DNA of 49,536 nucleotides from Minisyncoccia bacterium (GTDB lineage Bacteria; Patescibacteriota; Minisyncoccia; Phycocordibacterales; UBA918), in the NCBI GenBank assembly GCA_047639355.1, contig JBLIOC010000003.1, forward strand, positions 1 to 49,536, read 5' to 3'. Position numbers and translations under genes: made by a program. Below, piece by piece: positions 35,669 through 44,944 of this stretch (positions are counted from its first letter, which is position 1; every line of letters begins with the position of its first letter). The notes beneath the pieces are model-generated. The model had not been told where the DNA came from, searched no databases, and saw only the letters and a list, made by a program, of their open reading frames with translations.

Positions 35669-35725
35669 GGCTTCGACTATACAGTAAATTTAAGTTTTAT
35701 CAAAACAAATTAAAAAAAATATGGT

Positions 35726-36025
35726 TTATTTTTTAGCTACCAAATAATAACCGGTGGTGATAAGAGTATCTACTTTCGCTTGTTTTGTAATATCACCATA
35801 TTGATTTTTATTACGAAATTTAACTTTTCGAAAATGAATGCTAATCCGTATATAATAGCTTTTGTAAATTTACTTCCATAAAGATCTGTTTGGAATCCAA
35901 CTCGTTAGATTAGTGCTCCTATGGTTGACATCGTTTGTGTTTCTAGAATAAGCTATACAATGTTCCAGTCTTTAAACAGGTGTCTAGACCGTACTCAGTG
36001 TATCTATAATAATCGTGTGGGGCAT
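35726..36025 (-). pseudogene. Decayed 3' half of a class I methyltransferase (in repeat B copy 2)
   Basis: APHDYYRYTEYGL-[frameshift]-RHLFKDWNIV*LILETQTMSTIGALI*RVGFQT...TGYYLVAKK*. Compare PYDYQRWTAAGLEHLFKDF in 38320..39024. Confidence 0.75.
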
Positions 36026-36269
36026 AGAGCCCAAAACTTGGAACCGCTACAGAGTTGGGTTATAGAGGCCTCACGGAGCATAAATAGGCTTAATATTGGA
36101 AAACCGGCTCTAATTTAGTGTGTTTATCTATCACACGGATGTAGCTGAACAGTAAATATGCTCCGCTGGGTGAAAAATGTTCGAACCTGAGTGAAGGGGA
36201 ATGGTATGCTTTAGTATTCTACGCCGTGCTTCCCTGTAATGAGCTCTGGATCTATGATTGCACTATTAT
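35736..36269. repeat. Direct repeat B, copy 2 (partner 30039-30539)
   Basis: See copy 1. It ends in an orphan 60-bp exact copy of the DUF4956 3' end. Confidence 0.95.
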
Positions 36270-36452
36270 AACTTTAATATAAAAAATTACTATGTCTGAT
36301 AAAAAGAGACCCGTCAGGGATAGAGAGTGAACTAAAATTTACCTATAAGTTTTGATTGGAGATAATTCTTGCATACTGTTAGTAATCTACAAAATGAGCC
36401 ACCCCGCGGGCGGGGTAAAGTATTAAACAAACATAGTTGCGTATGAGGGTTT

Positions 36453-38318
36453 TTAATCAAAATTGGTGATCTTTAGCACCTTTACATCATTGTTTTCATA
36501 TATGATATCGCCGGATAAATCAGCTACTCCTGGAGAATTTGCTGAATCAGTGTATATGACGTAGTCCAGCCTATACTTACTCAACCATTCTTGTATCAGA
36601 GTATCTTGAGACTGCCGGAATGCAGACTGGATTTTGATTGGAGTCTCACGCAAGAACCGTTCAACCTGCCCTGGTTTTTCCATCGCTTGTAGAAATGCTA
36701 TCTTACGGTGAGCAAATTTCTCTACCCAGTCGCTAAAAAACAGATCTCGCCACTCACTATCATTTTTAACTAGATACTCATCAATAGTATCAACTGTCAC
36801 CCCTTGTAGTCGTAAATACGCTATGTAGTTGTGCATTATACGCTCCTCAGGTATTGCCATGAAGACATAGTGAGAATGATAGCTGTCACACGGTGTATAG
36901 GCGGTTAGGTTGTCGCTAATTTCAAAACCATGTGAACCTCTTAACTCAGATTGCGAAGGTAGCATGATAGCTACACAATCTCCTGTGGAATGTTGAGTAG
37001 ATAATAACTCAAACACGGGGCTATACTTCTGTATATCAGTGTAGTCGGATTCCCATGTATGTGTGCTTTGTAAACTCGAGAGTTGCACACTAACTAAGAT
37101 GCCGATCACGAATGGTACACCAAGCCACACCGCGCGATTGAAGAGCGACTGGAGTAACATGGAGTTTTGAAACCTATTTAAAAGCCCAACTACAATTACA
37201 CACACGGAAAGTAAGATCACAATCAATGAAAGTGGATCAGTGTATTGCACAAAATGACTTGGCCAGACAGCAACACCTGTTATCGCTTGCTGATTATAAG
37301 CCAAGAATGAACCCAGCAAAGCGGCAACGCCAAAACGGAGCCAGTTCCGTTGCAGCAACTCTCGTACTGGTGTTTTTTGCCACGCTACAAACGCAGCCAC
37401 AAGCAACACTACTCCGGCTACTACTATTCCATTATTAGAAACTGATTCATGAGTATAAAATAAACCATTCTTTTCTAAACTTGAACCGCCGCCACTTCCA
37501 AGCAAAATACTTAAAAAATACCCAGCATTTATTGCTAGCGCAATAACGGCAGCAAAAACTAATTCATACACTCGCTCCCACTCACGATTTATAAGAACAA
37601 AGGCACCCCAGATTAGCAACATAAACACCAGGAGTACAAAAGAAAACACATAGGCACTAGAGATTCCCACTAGCACACCAATAACCGCCGCACGCAACCA
37701 AGAAAACGGCCGGTCTTTTGCGCTCGCTAGTAGGTACAGTACTGAAAAAAGAATGAGTCCTCCAAAAATAGGATTCACTGAGCGAGTCCAAATAGATAAA
37801 ACTGGAGCAGCATAATCAGAGGCGAGAAGATTTAGTGTATTTCCAAGGCGATGAATACCAATACCCTGCGCAATAATAAAAGATCCAAACAGAGCAATGA
37901 ACTGTCTGGTTCGTAGTGAAGAAAAACCAGTATCAGTAAGCAGTCTATATATTAGTAAATATACTAGTACGAATAGAATGGCTGGAAATAAAAATTTTGT
38001 GGACAAGACCACAAATGGTAGTAACTCTGCTTGCCCCAAAGCAGACGCTGCATACACCCCCTCGCCAAATGGCTGCTGTGCTTGGGGAGAATCTTTATAT
38101 TCATAAAATACAGGCGAGGTAACCGGCCAGTTACCTTCAGTTATTTCACGCATCCGACTGATATAGCGCAATTCGCTATCTTGGTAAAAATATTGCAGTT
38201 TAGACCCCTCTAGGTCTGCCGGCGGCGGACCGACAAACAAATAAGCATAGATATACGGCGCTATACTCAAAACACCCACTAAAATGGTAAGTGCATAAAT
38301 AATATATTGTTTCAACAT
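36453..38318 (-). CDS. Polytopic membrane protein, probable GT-C-fold glycosyltransferase
   Basis: First TM, then a loop with QDSELRYISRMREITEG, about 11 further TM segments, and a soluble tail ending KYRLDYVIY...IYENNDVKVLKI. Confidence 0.55.
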   Translation of the reverse strand: MLKQYIIYALTILVGVLSIAPYIYAYLFVGPPPADLEGSKLQYFYQDSELRYISRMREITEGNWPVTSPVFYEYKDSPQAQQPFGEGVYAASALGQAELLPFVVLSTKFLFPAILFVLVYLLIYRLLTDTGFSSLRTRQFIALFGSFIIAQGIGIHRLGNTLNLLASDYAAPVLSIWTRSVNPIFGGLILFSVLYLLASAKDRPFSWLRAAVIGVLVGISSAYVFSFVLLVFMLLIWGAFVLINREWERVYELVFAAVIALAINAGYFLSILLGSGGGSSLEKNGLFYTHESVSNNGIVVAGVVLLVAAFVAWQKTPVRELLQRNWLRFGVAALLGSFLAYNQQAITGVAVWPSHFVQYTDPLSLIVILLSVCVIVVGLLNRFQNSMLLQSLFNRAVWLGVPFVIGILVSVQLSSLQSTHTWESDYTDIQKYSPVFELLSTQHSTGDCVAIMLPSQSELRGSHGFEISDNLTAYTPCDSYHSHYVFMAIPEERIMHNYIAYLRLQGVTVDTIDEYLVKNDSEWRDLFFSDWVEKFAHRKIAFLQAMEKPGQVERFLRETPIKIQSAFRQSQDTLIQEWLSKYRLDYVIYTDSANSPGVADLSGDIIYENNDVKVLKITNFD

Positions 38319-38319
38319 A

Positions 38320-39024
38320 CTATTTTTTGATTATGCAATAGAACACTGCTGCTGTATGTTTTGCAAATGGAAAATTGTTGGTAAGGATATCAAGAAATTT
38401 AATTGGAAAGAATAAAAAAATTGAAAGATTAACTAAAAACCAATAAAGACGGCTTGAACCGAAAGAAAACAAGGATGGTAAAAAATAACAAAGCCAAACA
38501 TTGAGGGCGGAAAAAATACCAGAACGCACACCAACTTCTACTTCACTAAAGTCTTTAAACAAATGTTCTAAACCAGCAGCTGTCCAGCGCTGATAATCGT
38601 ACGGAGAAGCGTGGAAGGGATATAAAAAAGGAGTACTGATATAACCAACTGCGCCTGGTTTCATTACACGAAACATTTCATTCACCGCGAGCTCTGGTTC
38701 GTCAACATGCTCCAGCACGTTGTCACAAACAATCCCGTCAACAGTGGCAGTGTCGAGAGGCAGGTCAGTAGCCGAGGCGACGATTTGCACCTCGTCATAC
38801 GGCGTGATGTCGATATTAGTGACGTCTTGCCGAAGGGTTCTCGCACCCGAACCAATGTTTAGAATCAGACTAGTATCAGGTTCAGAGAAAAAACGTTTCA
38901 AAAAATTTTCTGGTCCGGTACGATAGAGATACGTTGGTCCAAAAAATTTTACTATAAATCGATACGTTCTGGACCAGCGCTTTAAATACTCCCGAATTCC
39001 ATCTACTTCATCTATTTTTTGCAT
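38320..39024 (-). CDS. Class I SAM-dependent methyltransferase
   Basis: ILNIGSG, VLEHVDEP, EMFRVMKPG, PFLYPFHASPYDYQRWT. Confidence 0.9.
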   Translation of the reverse strand: MQKIDEVDGIREYLKRWSRTYRFIVKFFGPTYLYRTGPENFLKRFFSEPDTSLILNIGSGARTLRQDVTNIDITPYDEVQIVASATDLPLDTATVDGIVCDNVLEHVDEPELAVNEMFRVMKPGAVGYISTPFLYPFHASPYDYQRWTAAGLEHLFKDFSEVEVGVRSGIFSALNVWLCYFLPSLFSFGSSRLYWFLVNLSIFLFFPIKFLDILTNNFPFAKHTAAVFYCIIKK

Positions 39025-39590
39025 ACTAATTCAAACCTGATTTCTTCAAATCCCCCGACCCAAAAACACCAAACTCTACTACAAAAAAATGGACTAAGTT
39101 TGGCTAAAGAATTGAAAACTGAGTTACATACCGAAACAATTGATCGGGATATCACACCAACGCCCATTTCTTTAGCAATGTGAGGAAAAGCATGCCACTG
39201 CAAGAGTGTTGATACGTGTTCAAACTCAACTCCATAAAAACCAATTTTTTCAAAGCGTCTATCAAAATAATTTGGAAATGTCACATCGAAACCATGACTA
39301 TGTTCTGGATGCGTCATACCTCGAGAAAAATGTGGTACTCGAATCAGTAACTTGCCACCGGGCTTCAGTATCCGATGTAGTTCTGTCATAACAGAAAAAG
39401 GTCGATCAAGATGTTCTAATATGTGCGAAGCCTCAATCAGTTCAAATTGATTATCTTCAAAAGGGTATGGAAATGAGTTAAGATCATGATTAACATCTGG
39501 CACCACGATGCTCTGCCAATCGAGATTTATGTAACCCTCTTTTTTGTAGCCAGCGCAACCAATATTTAGTTTTGTGTTTTCTTTGCTCAT
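39012..39590 (-). CDS. Class I SAM-dependent methyltransferase
   Basis: KLNIGCA, GYINLD, HDLNSFPYPF, SHILEHL, ELHRILKPGG. Confidence 0.9.
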   Translation of the reverse strand: MSKENTKLNIGCAGYKKEGYINLDWQSIVVPDVNHDLNSFPYPFEDNQFELIEASHILEHLDRPFSVMTELHRILKPGGKLLIRVPHFSRGMTHPEHSHGFDVTFPNYFDRRFEKIGFYGVEFEHVSTLLQWHAFPHIAKEMGVGVISRSIVSVCNSVFNSLAKLSPFFCSRVWCFWVGGFEEIRFELVCKK

Positions 39591-39603
39591 GTATATTAAA
39601 ATC

Positions 39604-41454
39604 TTAACCCCATTTATCTGCCCATTTTCCTAACACATACAGAGACCATAGTGCTTTTCTGTGGTCTATGTCGCCGTTCACATGTTCTGTTAAAAGCTGT
39701 TCTATTCTATCACGTCTAAAAATTCCTAACTTTTGCAAACCACCATCCAACAAAGATTCCCGAAACTCCTGTTTTAATTCATTTCTAATCATGTCACCAA
39801 CGGGAAAATTAAACCCTTGTTTCTTTCGATAAATAATCTCGTGTGGCAATCTTGTTTCAGCAAGCTTCTTCAAAATATACTTTTGAGTACGGCCGCGCAA
39901 CTTCCAATGGTCATTAAGTTGTGCTGCAAAATTGACAAGTCGTTCATCAAGAAACGGTGATCTGACCTCAAGCCCATAGTGCATCGAAGCTCGATCTGCT
40001 TTTACTAAAATATCATCAAGCAAGTACCCTTGAAGATACTCTTGCTTAACCCCTTGCCAGAGCGAATCCGTGCCCTGGTGCCACTTTTCAATTGGTGCAA
40101 ATAGCTCTTCTTGATTAATCACTTCGGAAGATAAGGATTGTATCTGCTCTGGATCAAGAGCAGACAGCCAAAGTGTATTTCGCAATCGTGGCTCTCCTAC
40201 ACAACCACGAAGAAATCGCTTCAACTTGAAATCAAAGCTCATATAACTGTGCGACACAGGTAATTTGATTGCTGCAGTGTAGGCGGCATTACGTAGCCAT
40301 AGTGGTAAGTGATGAAATGCACCGGCTACACGATGTGCATAAAAGGTGCCGTACCCAAGAAACAATTCATCGGCGCCGTCACCACTAAGACATACTGTTA
40401 CCTCACGTCGCGCATGCTCCGATACTAAAAGTGTCGGAATGATCGACGAGTCTCCAATCGGCTCATCGAGTACTGTTGGCAGATTTGGCAAAAGTCTCGT
40501 GATGTCTGATGTACTAAGTGTAGCTTCGTGATGCTCGGTCCCTAAGTGTTCCGCGACTTGCTGAGCTGAAGCTTGTTCATTGAAACTTTTTGACTCAAAA
40601 CCTACGGAAAATGTCTTTACCGGACGTGAGGAGTGCTCTTGCGCAAAGGCGGCCACCAGACTCGAATCTAATCCGCCACTAAGGAAAATACCGACCGGAA
40701 CATCTGCAACTAACCGTTTCTGAACTGCCCCAGAAAATAGACTTTCTAACTGGAGTATAGGATCTACACCTGTATCGGTGTCATATAAAACTGGAGAGAC
40801 TTGAGAGACTTGAGAAGACTGTACAATGCCTTTTTTAACAGTAAGAATCTGACCGGGTTCTAGTTTATGGACATCTTTATATATTGTTCGTGGGGTTGGA
40901 ATGTATTCAAACAATAAGTATTGATAGATAGACAGACTGTCTGTCTCTGACTTAAAGCTTGGATGCTTATGTAGTGCTTTCAGTTCAGATCCGAAAATAA
41001 ATGCGCCATCTGGAGCAGTCGTGTAATACAGTGGTTTTTTCCCTAGTCTGTCTCGATGGAGATGTAACGTACCCTTAACGGAGTCATAAATCGCCAACGC
41101 GTACATGCCTTCCAAATAATCAAAGGCAGAAACACCCAATTGAGCGAACAGTTCAAGTATCACCTCCGTATCTGTATCACTTTGCAGCCTAACTGAACCA
41201 AGGTACTTTTCGCGTAGACTACGAAAATTATACACTTCACCGTTATAGACAATGGTGTAGCGGCCATCACGACTGGTCATAGGCTGCACTCCTTCATCAC
41301 TGAGATCTATCACTGCCAATCGTCTATGGGCCAACCCAACCTGTCCGAACATTTTAAACTGGCCAGCATCTGGCCCTCGATGAAGCAGAGTGTTTCCCAT
41401 TGCCTCTGCAACGTGACAGTCTCCTCCACCGATAAATCCAGCGATACCGCACAT
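39604..41454 (-). CDS. asnB: Asparagine synthase (glutamine-hydrolysing)-type amidotransferase
   Basis: MCGIAG, HRGPD, HRRLAVIDL, YNGEVYN, RDRLGKKPLYY, FLSGGLDSS, SGDGADELF, LEVRSPFLD, KQGF. Confidence 0.95.
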   Translation of the reverse strand: MCGIAGFIGGGDCHVAEAMGNTLLHRGPDAGQFKMFGQVGLAHRRLAVIDLSDEGVQPMTSRDGRYTIVYNGEVYNFRSLREKYLGSVRLQSDTDTEVILELFAQLGVSAFDYLEGMYALAIYDSVKGTLHLHRDRLGKKPLYYTTAPDGAFIFGSELKALHKHPSFKSETDSLSIYQYLLFEYIPTPRTIYKDVHKLEPGQILTVKKGIVQSSQVSQVSPVLYDTDTGVDPILQLESLFSGAVQKRLVADVPVGIFLSGGLDSSLVAAFAQEHSSRPVKTFSVGFESKSFNEQASAQQVAEHLGTEHHEATLSTSDITRLLPNLPTVLDEPIGDSSIIPTLLVSEHARREVTVCLSGDGADELFLGYGTFYAHRVAGAFHHLPLWLRNAAYTAAIKLPVSHSYMSFDFKLKRFLRGCVGEPRLRNTLWLSALDPEQIQSLSSEVINQEELFAPIEKWHQGTDSLWQGVKQEYLQGYLLDDILVKADRASMHYGLEVRSPFLDERLVNFAAQLNDHWKLRGRTQKYILKKLAETRLPHEIIYRKKQGFNFPVGDMIRNELKQEFRESLLDGGLQKLGIFRRDRIEQLLTEHVNGDIDHRKALWSLYVLGKWADKWG

Positions 41455-41458
41455 ACTA

Positions 41459-42403
41459 TTAAAAATTAACTGTATCTTTAATTAAATACGTGCGTTTGTC
41501 TTGTGACTCATAATAAGTTCGCATCACCATCTCAGCAACAACACCCATTGTAACGAGCTGCACACTCACCACCAAACACATAGCCGCAAACGTAGGAAGT
41601 GGCGTCACAATAATAGAAATGTCGTGGAATAATTTTAGATATATAGATGCGAATCCTGAAGCAAATCCAAACAGCAACACAATCAACCCTATTTTGCCAA
41701 AAAATTGAATTGGTCGATCCATGTACCGGTGCATGAAGCGTAAAATCAGTAAATCAAGTAATACTCGGGATGTACGAGAAAACCCATACTTACTAGTACC
41801 ATACTTCCTTGGCTGATAATTAACTTCCATTTCGGTTACTTTCGCACCGAGATTAGCTGCATAAGCAGGGATGAAGCGATGCATCTCACCATAGAGGCGA
41901 ATATCTTTAATAACCTCATGTCGATATGCTTTCAAAGTACATCCGTAATCGTGCAACTTCAGTCCAGCAATGCTTGAGATTAGACGATTTGCCATGATTG
42001 ATGGCAGTTTTCGTAATACTCTTTGATTTCCCCAGCGGTTTTTACGCCAACCTGATACAACGTCGAACCCTTCTTCTAGCTTCTGTATCAACTTCCCAAT
42101 ATCTTTAGGGTCATTTTCTAAATCAGCGTCCATGGGAATGATTATTTCTCCTGAGGCATTTTCAATACCGGCATGGAGGGCTGATGTTTGCCCTTGATTT
42201 GTCCGAAAATTAATCACCTTGAGCCTCTTCTGCATCTCTGCTGTTTTTACCAAAACTTGAGCAGTCGCGTCCGTTGAACTATCATTTACCGCAATGATTT
42301 CATACTCCTCGGTCACTTCACGAAGTGCATCCTCAATACTCTTCATTAACTCCGGGATACTTTCGGCTTCATTATATATAGGGAGTACGATTGAAATTTT
42401 CAT
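41459..42403 (-). CDS. GT2 polyprenol-phosphate glycosyltransferase (GtrB/ArnC-like)
   Basis: SIVLPIYNE, VNDSSTD, NQGQTSA, MDADLENDP, DVVSGWR, DYGCTLKAYR; two C-terminal TM segments. Confidence 0.92.
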   Translation of the reverse strand: MKISIVLPIYNEAESIPELMKSIEDALREVTEEYEIIAVNDSSTDATAQVLVKTAEMQKRLKVINFRTNQGQTSALHAGIENASGEIIIPMDADLENDPKDIGKLIQKLEEGFDVVSGWRKNRWGNQRVLRKLPSIMANRLISSIAGLKLHDYGCTLKAYRHEVIKDIRLYGEMHRFIPAYAANLGAKVTEMEVNYQPRKYGTSKYGFSRTSRVLLDLLILRFMHRYMDRPIQFFGKIGLIVLLFGFASGFASIYLKLFHDISIIVTPLPTFAAMCLVVSVQLVTMGVVAEMVMRTYYESQDKRTYLIKDTVNF

Positions 42404-42404
42404 G

Positions 42405-42806
42405 TCACCTGAATAATACATGAAAAACTACAAAATTATAGAGTGCCAAAAATCCTAAAGAAATAAACTGTGACACATACACATTAAGCAATAATAAATC
42501 AACACCAATATACATAAACACACCTACCAAGAATAGGCCTGCTCCAGTATTTAACATAAAAAGTACAACTGAAATGGGCTGCTTATTTTTTCTTAAGCCT
42601 CCAGTGGTGGCGAAGGTGATATTTTTTTGTGACAGATAGCTCACTAGTACAGTAAGAATAAAAGCACTTACAGTACTCAGCTGATAGTGTAGATGCAACA
42701 ATTCAAAAAATATAGCAAAGGAAAGAAATTGGAAAGCAGCAACGCCCAGACCCACTAAGATATACAGCACTGTTCTTTCAAAAAAATTATGTCTCAGGTG
42801 TGTCAT
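42405..42806 (-). CDS. GtrA family flippase-like protein
   Basis: 133 aa with 4 TM segments; YILVG, VSYLSQKNITF, YNF; adjacent to the GT2 gene. Confidence 0.8.
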   Translation of the reverse strand: MTHLRHNFFERTVLYILVGLGVAAFQFLSFAIFFELLHLHYQLSTVSAFILTVLVSYLSQKNITFATTGGLRKNKQPISVVLFMLNTGAGLFLVGVFMYIGVDLLLLNVYVSQFISLGFLALYNFVVFHVLFR

Positions 42807-42825
42807 CGATAAATTATTTTAGGAA

Positions 42826-43199
42826 TTTAGTACATGAACAAGGACTGGATGTGTTTTGCTATATTCTTCTAAGTATATAACAAAGAAACTTCTTTCAGGT
42901 GTTCAGATTGCGTTGTTTTATTAAACATTTCTGTCAGAACTTTTATGATCACGCTTCTTAAGCTTTTTACATCATCAGTGTGTAAAAAAGTTACCCTGTC
43001 CGGACCAGTCACTTCAGAAAGGCTTGGGATATCTGAAACCAGCAACGACGCACCTAATGTTATGTGCACACGGATTTAAAGGCGACATGTACCGTGCCAA
43101 TAAATAATTTTTGACGGTGTTGGTTATCACCAAACATCTACTGGTTACTGATTGTCTTTGAGTTTAAAATACGGCCGAAGAGCGAGAAATAACACTTTT
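42826..43199 (-). pseudogene. Decayed C-terminal third of a GT4 glycosyltransferase related to 43835..44944
   Basis: Across frameshifts and stops: KVLFLALRPYFKLKDNQ*PVDV / VITNTVKNYLLARYMSPLNPCAH / LLVSDIPSLSEVTGPDRVT...LKEVSLLYT*KNIAKHI. The intact gene reads KVQFLGARSYRELVQNQQAADILVVPNT...YTSPLKLFAH...LVVSDVVSITSVTGDDLVT...LKLVSKKYTWTERAKSI. Confidence 0.8.
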
Positions 43200-43204
43200 G
43201 CATA

Positions 43205-43819
43205 CTATTTTTCCATGTATAGATTATACCCCGCAACTTGTCGGCTACCATTTTTATAAAAAACGTTATCGAGTTTTCTCGCTAACCAGATTGGCAATGA
43301 GTACCTACCAAAAGGCGTAAGTCTGATAAGTGTTTCAAGTGGCAACCTCACAGCCTCGATCTCATGGTGTGAAAACGGTTTAGCAAACATTTCAAGCGTG
43401 TCATGCGTAAATCGCCAGTAGTCTCCGTAATACCCTTTCTCTGCATGGTAATAGTATAAAAACGGTACGTAAATTAGTAATTTGCCTCCAGGCTTAAGGA
43501 CACGGTGCATTTCTTGCATGGCTAGAATAGGATTTTCTACATGCTCCAAAACGGCCAAACAAATAATTGCCTCTTTCGACGAATCCGCAAATGGCAAAGC
43601 ATGGATATCGCCAACTATATCTGGATTATAGTCTGGAACAGGATCCATTACCCTGTAGTCTACTTTTTCAACATATGGTAACAGCCACTCACGATCTGAT
43701 TGGACTCTATTATTCTTACTTCCATCTACTCTCAACCCTCCCCCAATATCAATCACCTCTTTTGAAGAGGTGAAAATTTCTATACATTTTTCTTTAAAGA
43801 ATTTTTCCCAGGCCGACAT
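43205..43819 (-). CDS. Class I SAM-dependent methyltransferase
   Basis: VIDIGGG, GDIHALPF, AVLEHVENP, EMHRVLKPGG, DYWRFT. Confidence 0.9.
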   Translation of the reverse strand: MSAWEKFFKEKCIEIFTSSKEVIDIGGGLRVDGSKNNRVQSDREWLLPYVEKVDYRVMDPVPDYNPDIVGDIHALPFADSSKEAIICLAVLEHVENPILAMQEMHRVLKPGGKLLIYVPFLYYYHAEKGYYGDYWRFTHDTLEMFAKPFSHHEIEAVRLPLETLIRLTPFGRYSLPIWLARKLDNVFYKNGSRQVAGYNLYMEK

Positions 43820-43834
43820 AAATCACAGTATACA

Positions 43835-44944
43835 CTATTTGTTTTTAATGAATTCAACTATAGATTTTGCCCTCTCGGTCCAAGTATATTTCTTTGAAAC
43901 CAATTTGAGTTCACCAGCTTTTTGCAATTTTTCGTCATAATTTTGAAAAACTTCCATAATACCAGCAGCTAATGTATCGAGATTGTCAGGTTCAACGACC
44001 GTAACCAAATCGTCTCCAGTGACGGAGGTGATGCTGACCACGTCTGACACCACCAAAGGTAAACCACTAGCCATATGGGCAAAAAGCTTAAGCGGTGATG
44101 TGTATGAACTTGAAAGCATAGTTTGGGCAGTGTTGGGAACAACGAGTATGTCAGCTGCTTGTTGGTTCTGAACTAACTCGCGATACGACCGTGCGCCTAA
44201 AAATTGCACTTTGGGGTATTTTTCTCTCATCTTGCCTACCTGAGCTGATGTGCCACCAATAGCCACAAAAGTGGCAGTTGGTACCAGTGCTGATGCGGCA
44301 AAAAATGTTTCGACTCCTTTCCATGTATCAAAACCGCCGACATACATTGCGATAAAAGCTTTTTGAGGCAGACCAAGCGCTCTGCGCGCATCTGATTTTG
44401 CCACAGTGCCCTCAAAAAAACTTTCATCGACACCGTCGTCGGCTACTTGAAGTTGTTCAGTATCAATACCTTGCCTGATATAAAAATCACGAATTCCAGA
44501 AGATATCACTATTGTTTTTATATCTTTTTTTAGTATCCGACGCGCCGCAAAATTATATTTTGCCTCATGTGATTCCCACGATAATTTATGCGCACCAACA
44601 AAAAAAGATAATAGGTACAATATCCACTCACTGCGCGAATATATCACATCATACTTCGACGTCTTTCGAGTAAGTAAAAAATTAAGCGCAAACAATAATT
44701 CTCCAGTATAAAAAGTAAACTTTAATTTGATGTAAATTCTATACGGCGCCAACGTGTATAAGGAAAATAAGGGCTCGAAACCAAAACACTGGTAAACTTT
44801 TTCAAAAGTTGGATCTTCCCTCTTGCTAACATATAAATCTACTTTATCTCCAGCCTGCGCAAAAGCTTGGCACATATGCGCAATCTGAACCGCATGGGCT
44901 CGTTCACTCGGAAATCGGATGTTGGCAAGATAGGCAATGTTCAT
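43835..44944 (-). CDS. Glycosyltransferase family 4
   Basis: RFPSERAHAVQI, DGVD, YVGG...WKGV, YTSPLKLFAHMASGLP, YTW. Confidence 0.92.
   Translation of the reverse strand: MNIAYLANIRFPSERAHAVQIAHMCQAFAQAGDKVDLYVSKREDPTFEKVYQCFGFEPLFSLYTLAPYRIYIKLKFTFYTGELLFALNFLLTRKTSKYDVIYSRSEWILYLLSFFVGAHKLSWESHEAKYNFAARRILKKDIKTIVISSGIRDFYIRQGIDTEQLQVADDGVDESFFEGTVAKSDARRALGLPQKAFIAMYVGGFDTWKGVETFFAASALVPTATFVAIGGTSAQVGKMREKYPKVQFLGARSYRELVQNQQAADILVVPNTAQTMLSSSYTSPLKLFAHMASGLPLVVSDVVSITSVTGDDLVTVVEPDNLDTLAAGIMEVFQNYDEKLQKAGELKLVSKKYTWTERAKSIVEFIKNK

Noticed and set aside
21801-36269. Repeats A and B as IS ends, integron attC sites, a CRISPR array or a DGR template/variable pair
   Set aside because: They are long direct repeats derived from gene ends. 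There is no transposase, integrase or reverse transcriptase in the window, no attC-like RYYYAAC/GTTRRRY structure was recognised, there is no repeat-spacer periodicity, and the mismatches are not confined to adenines.
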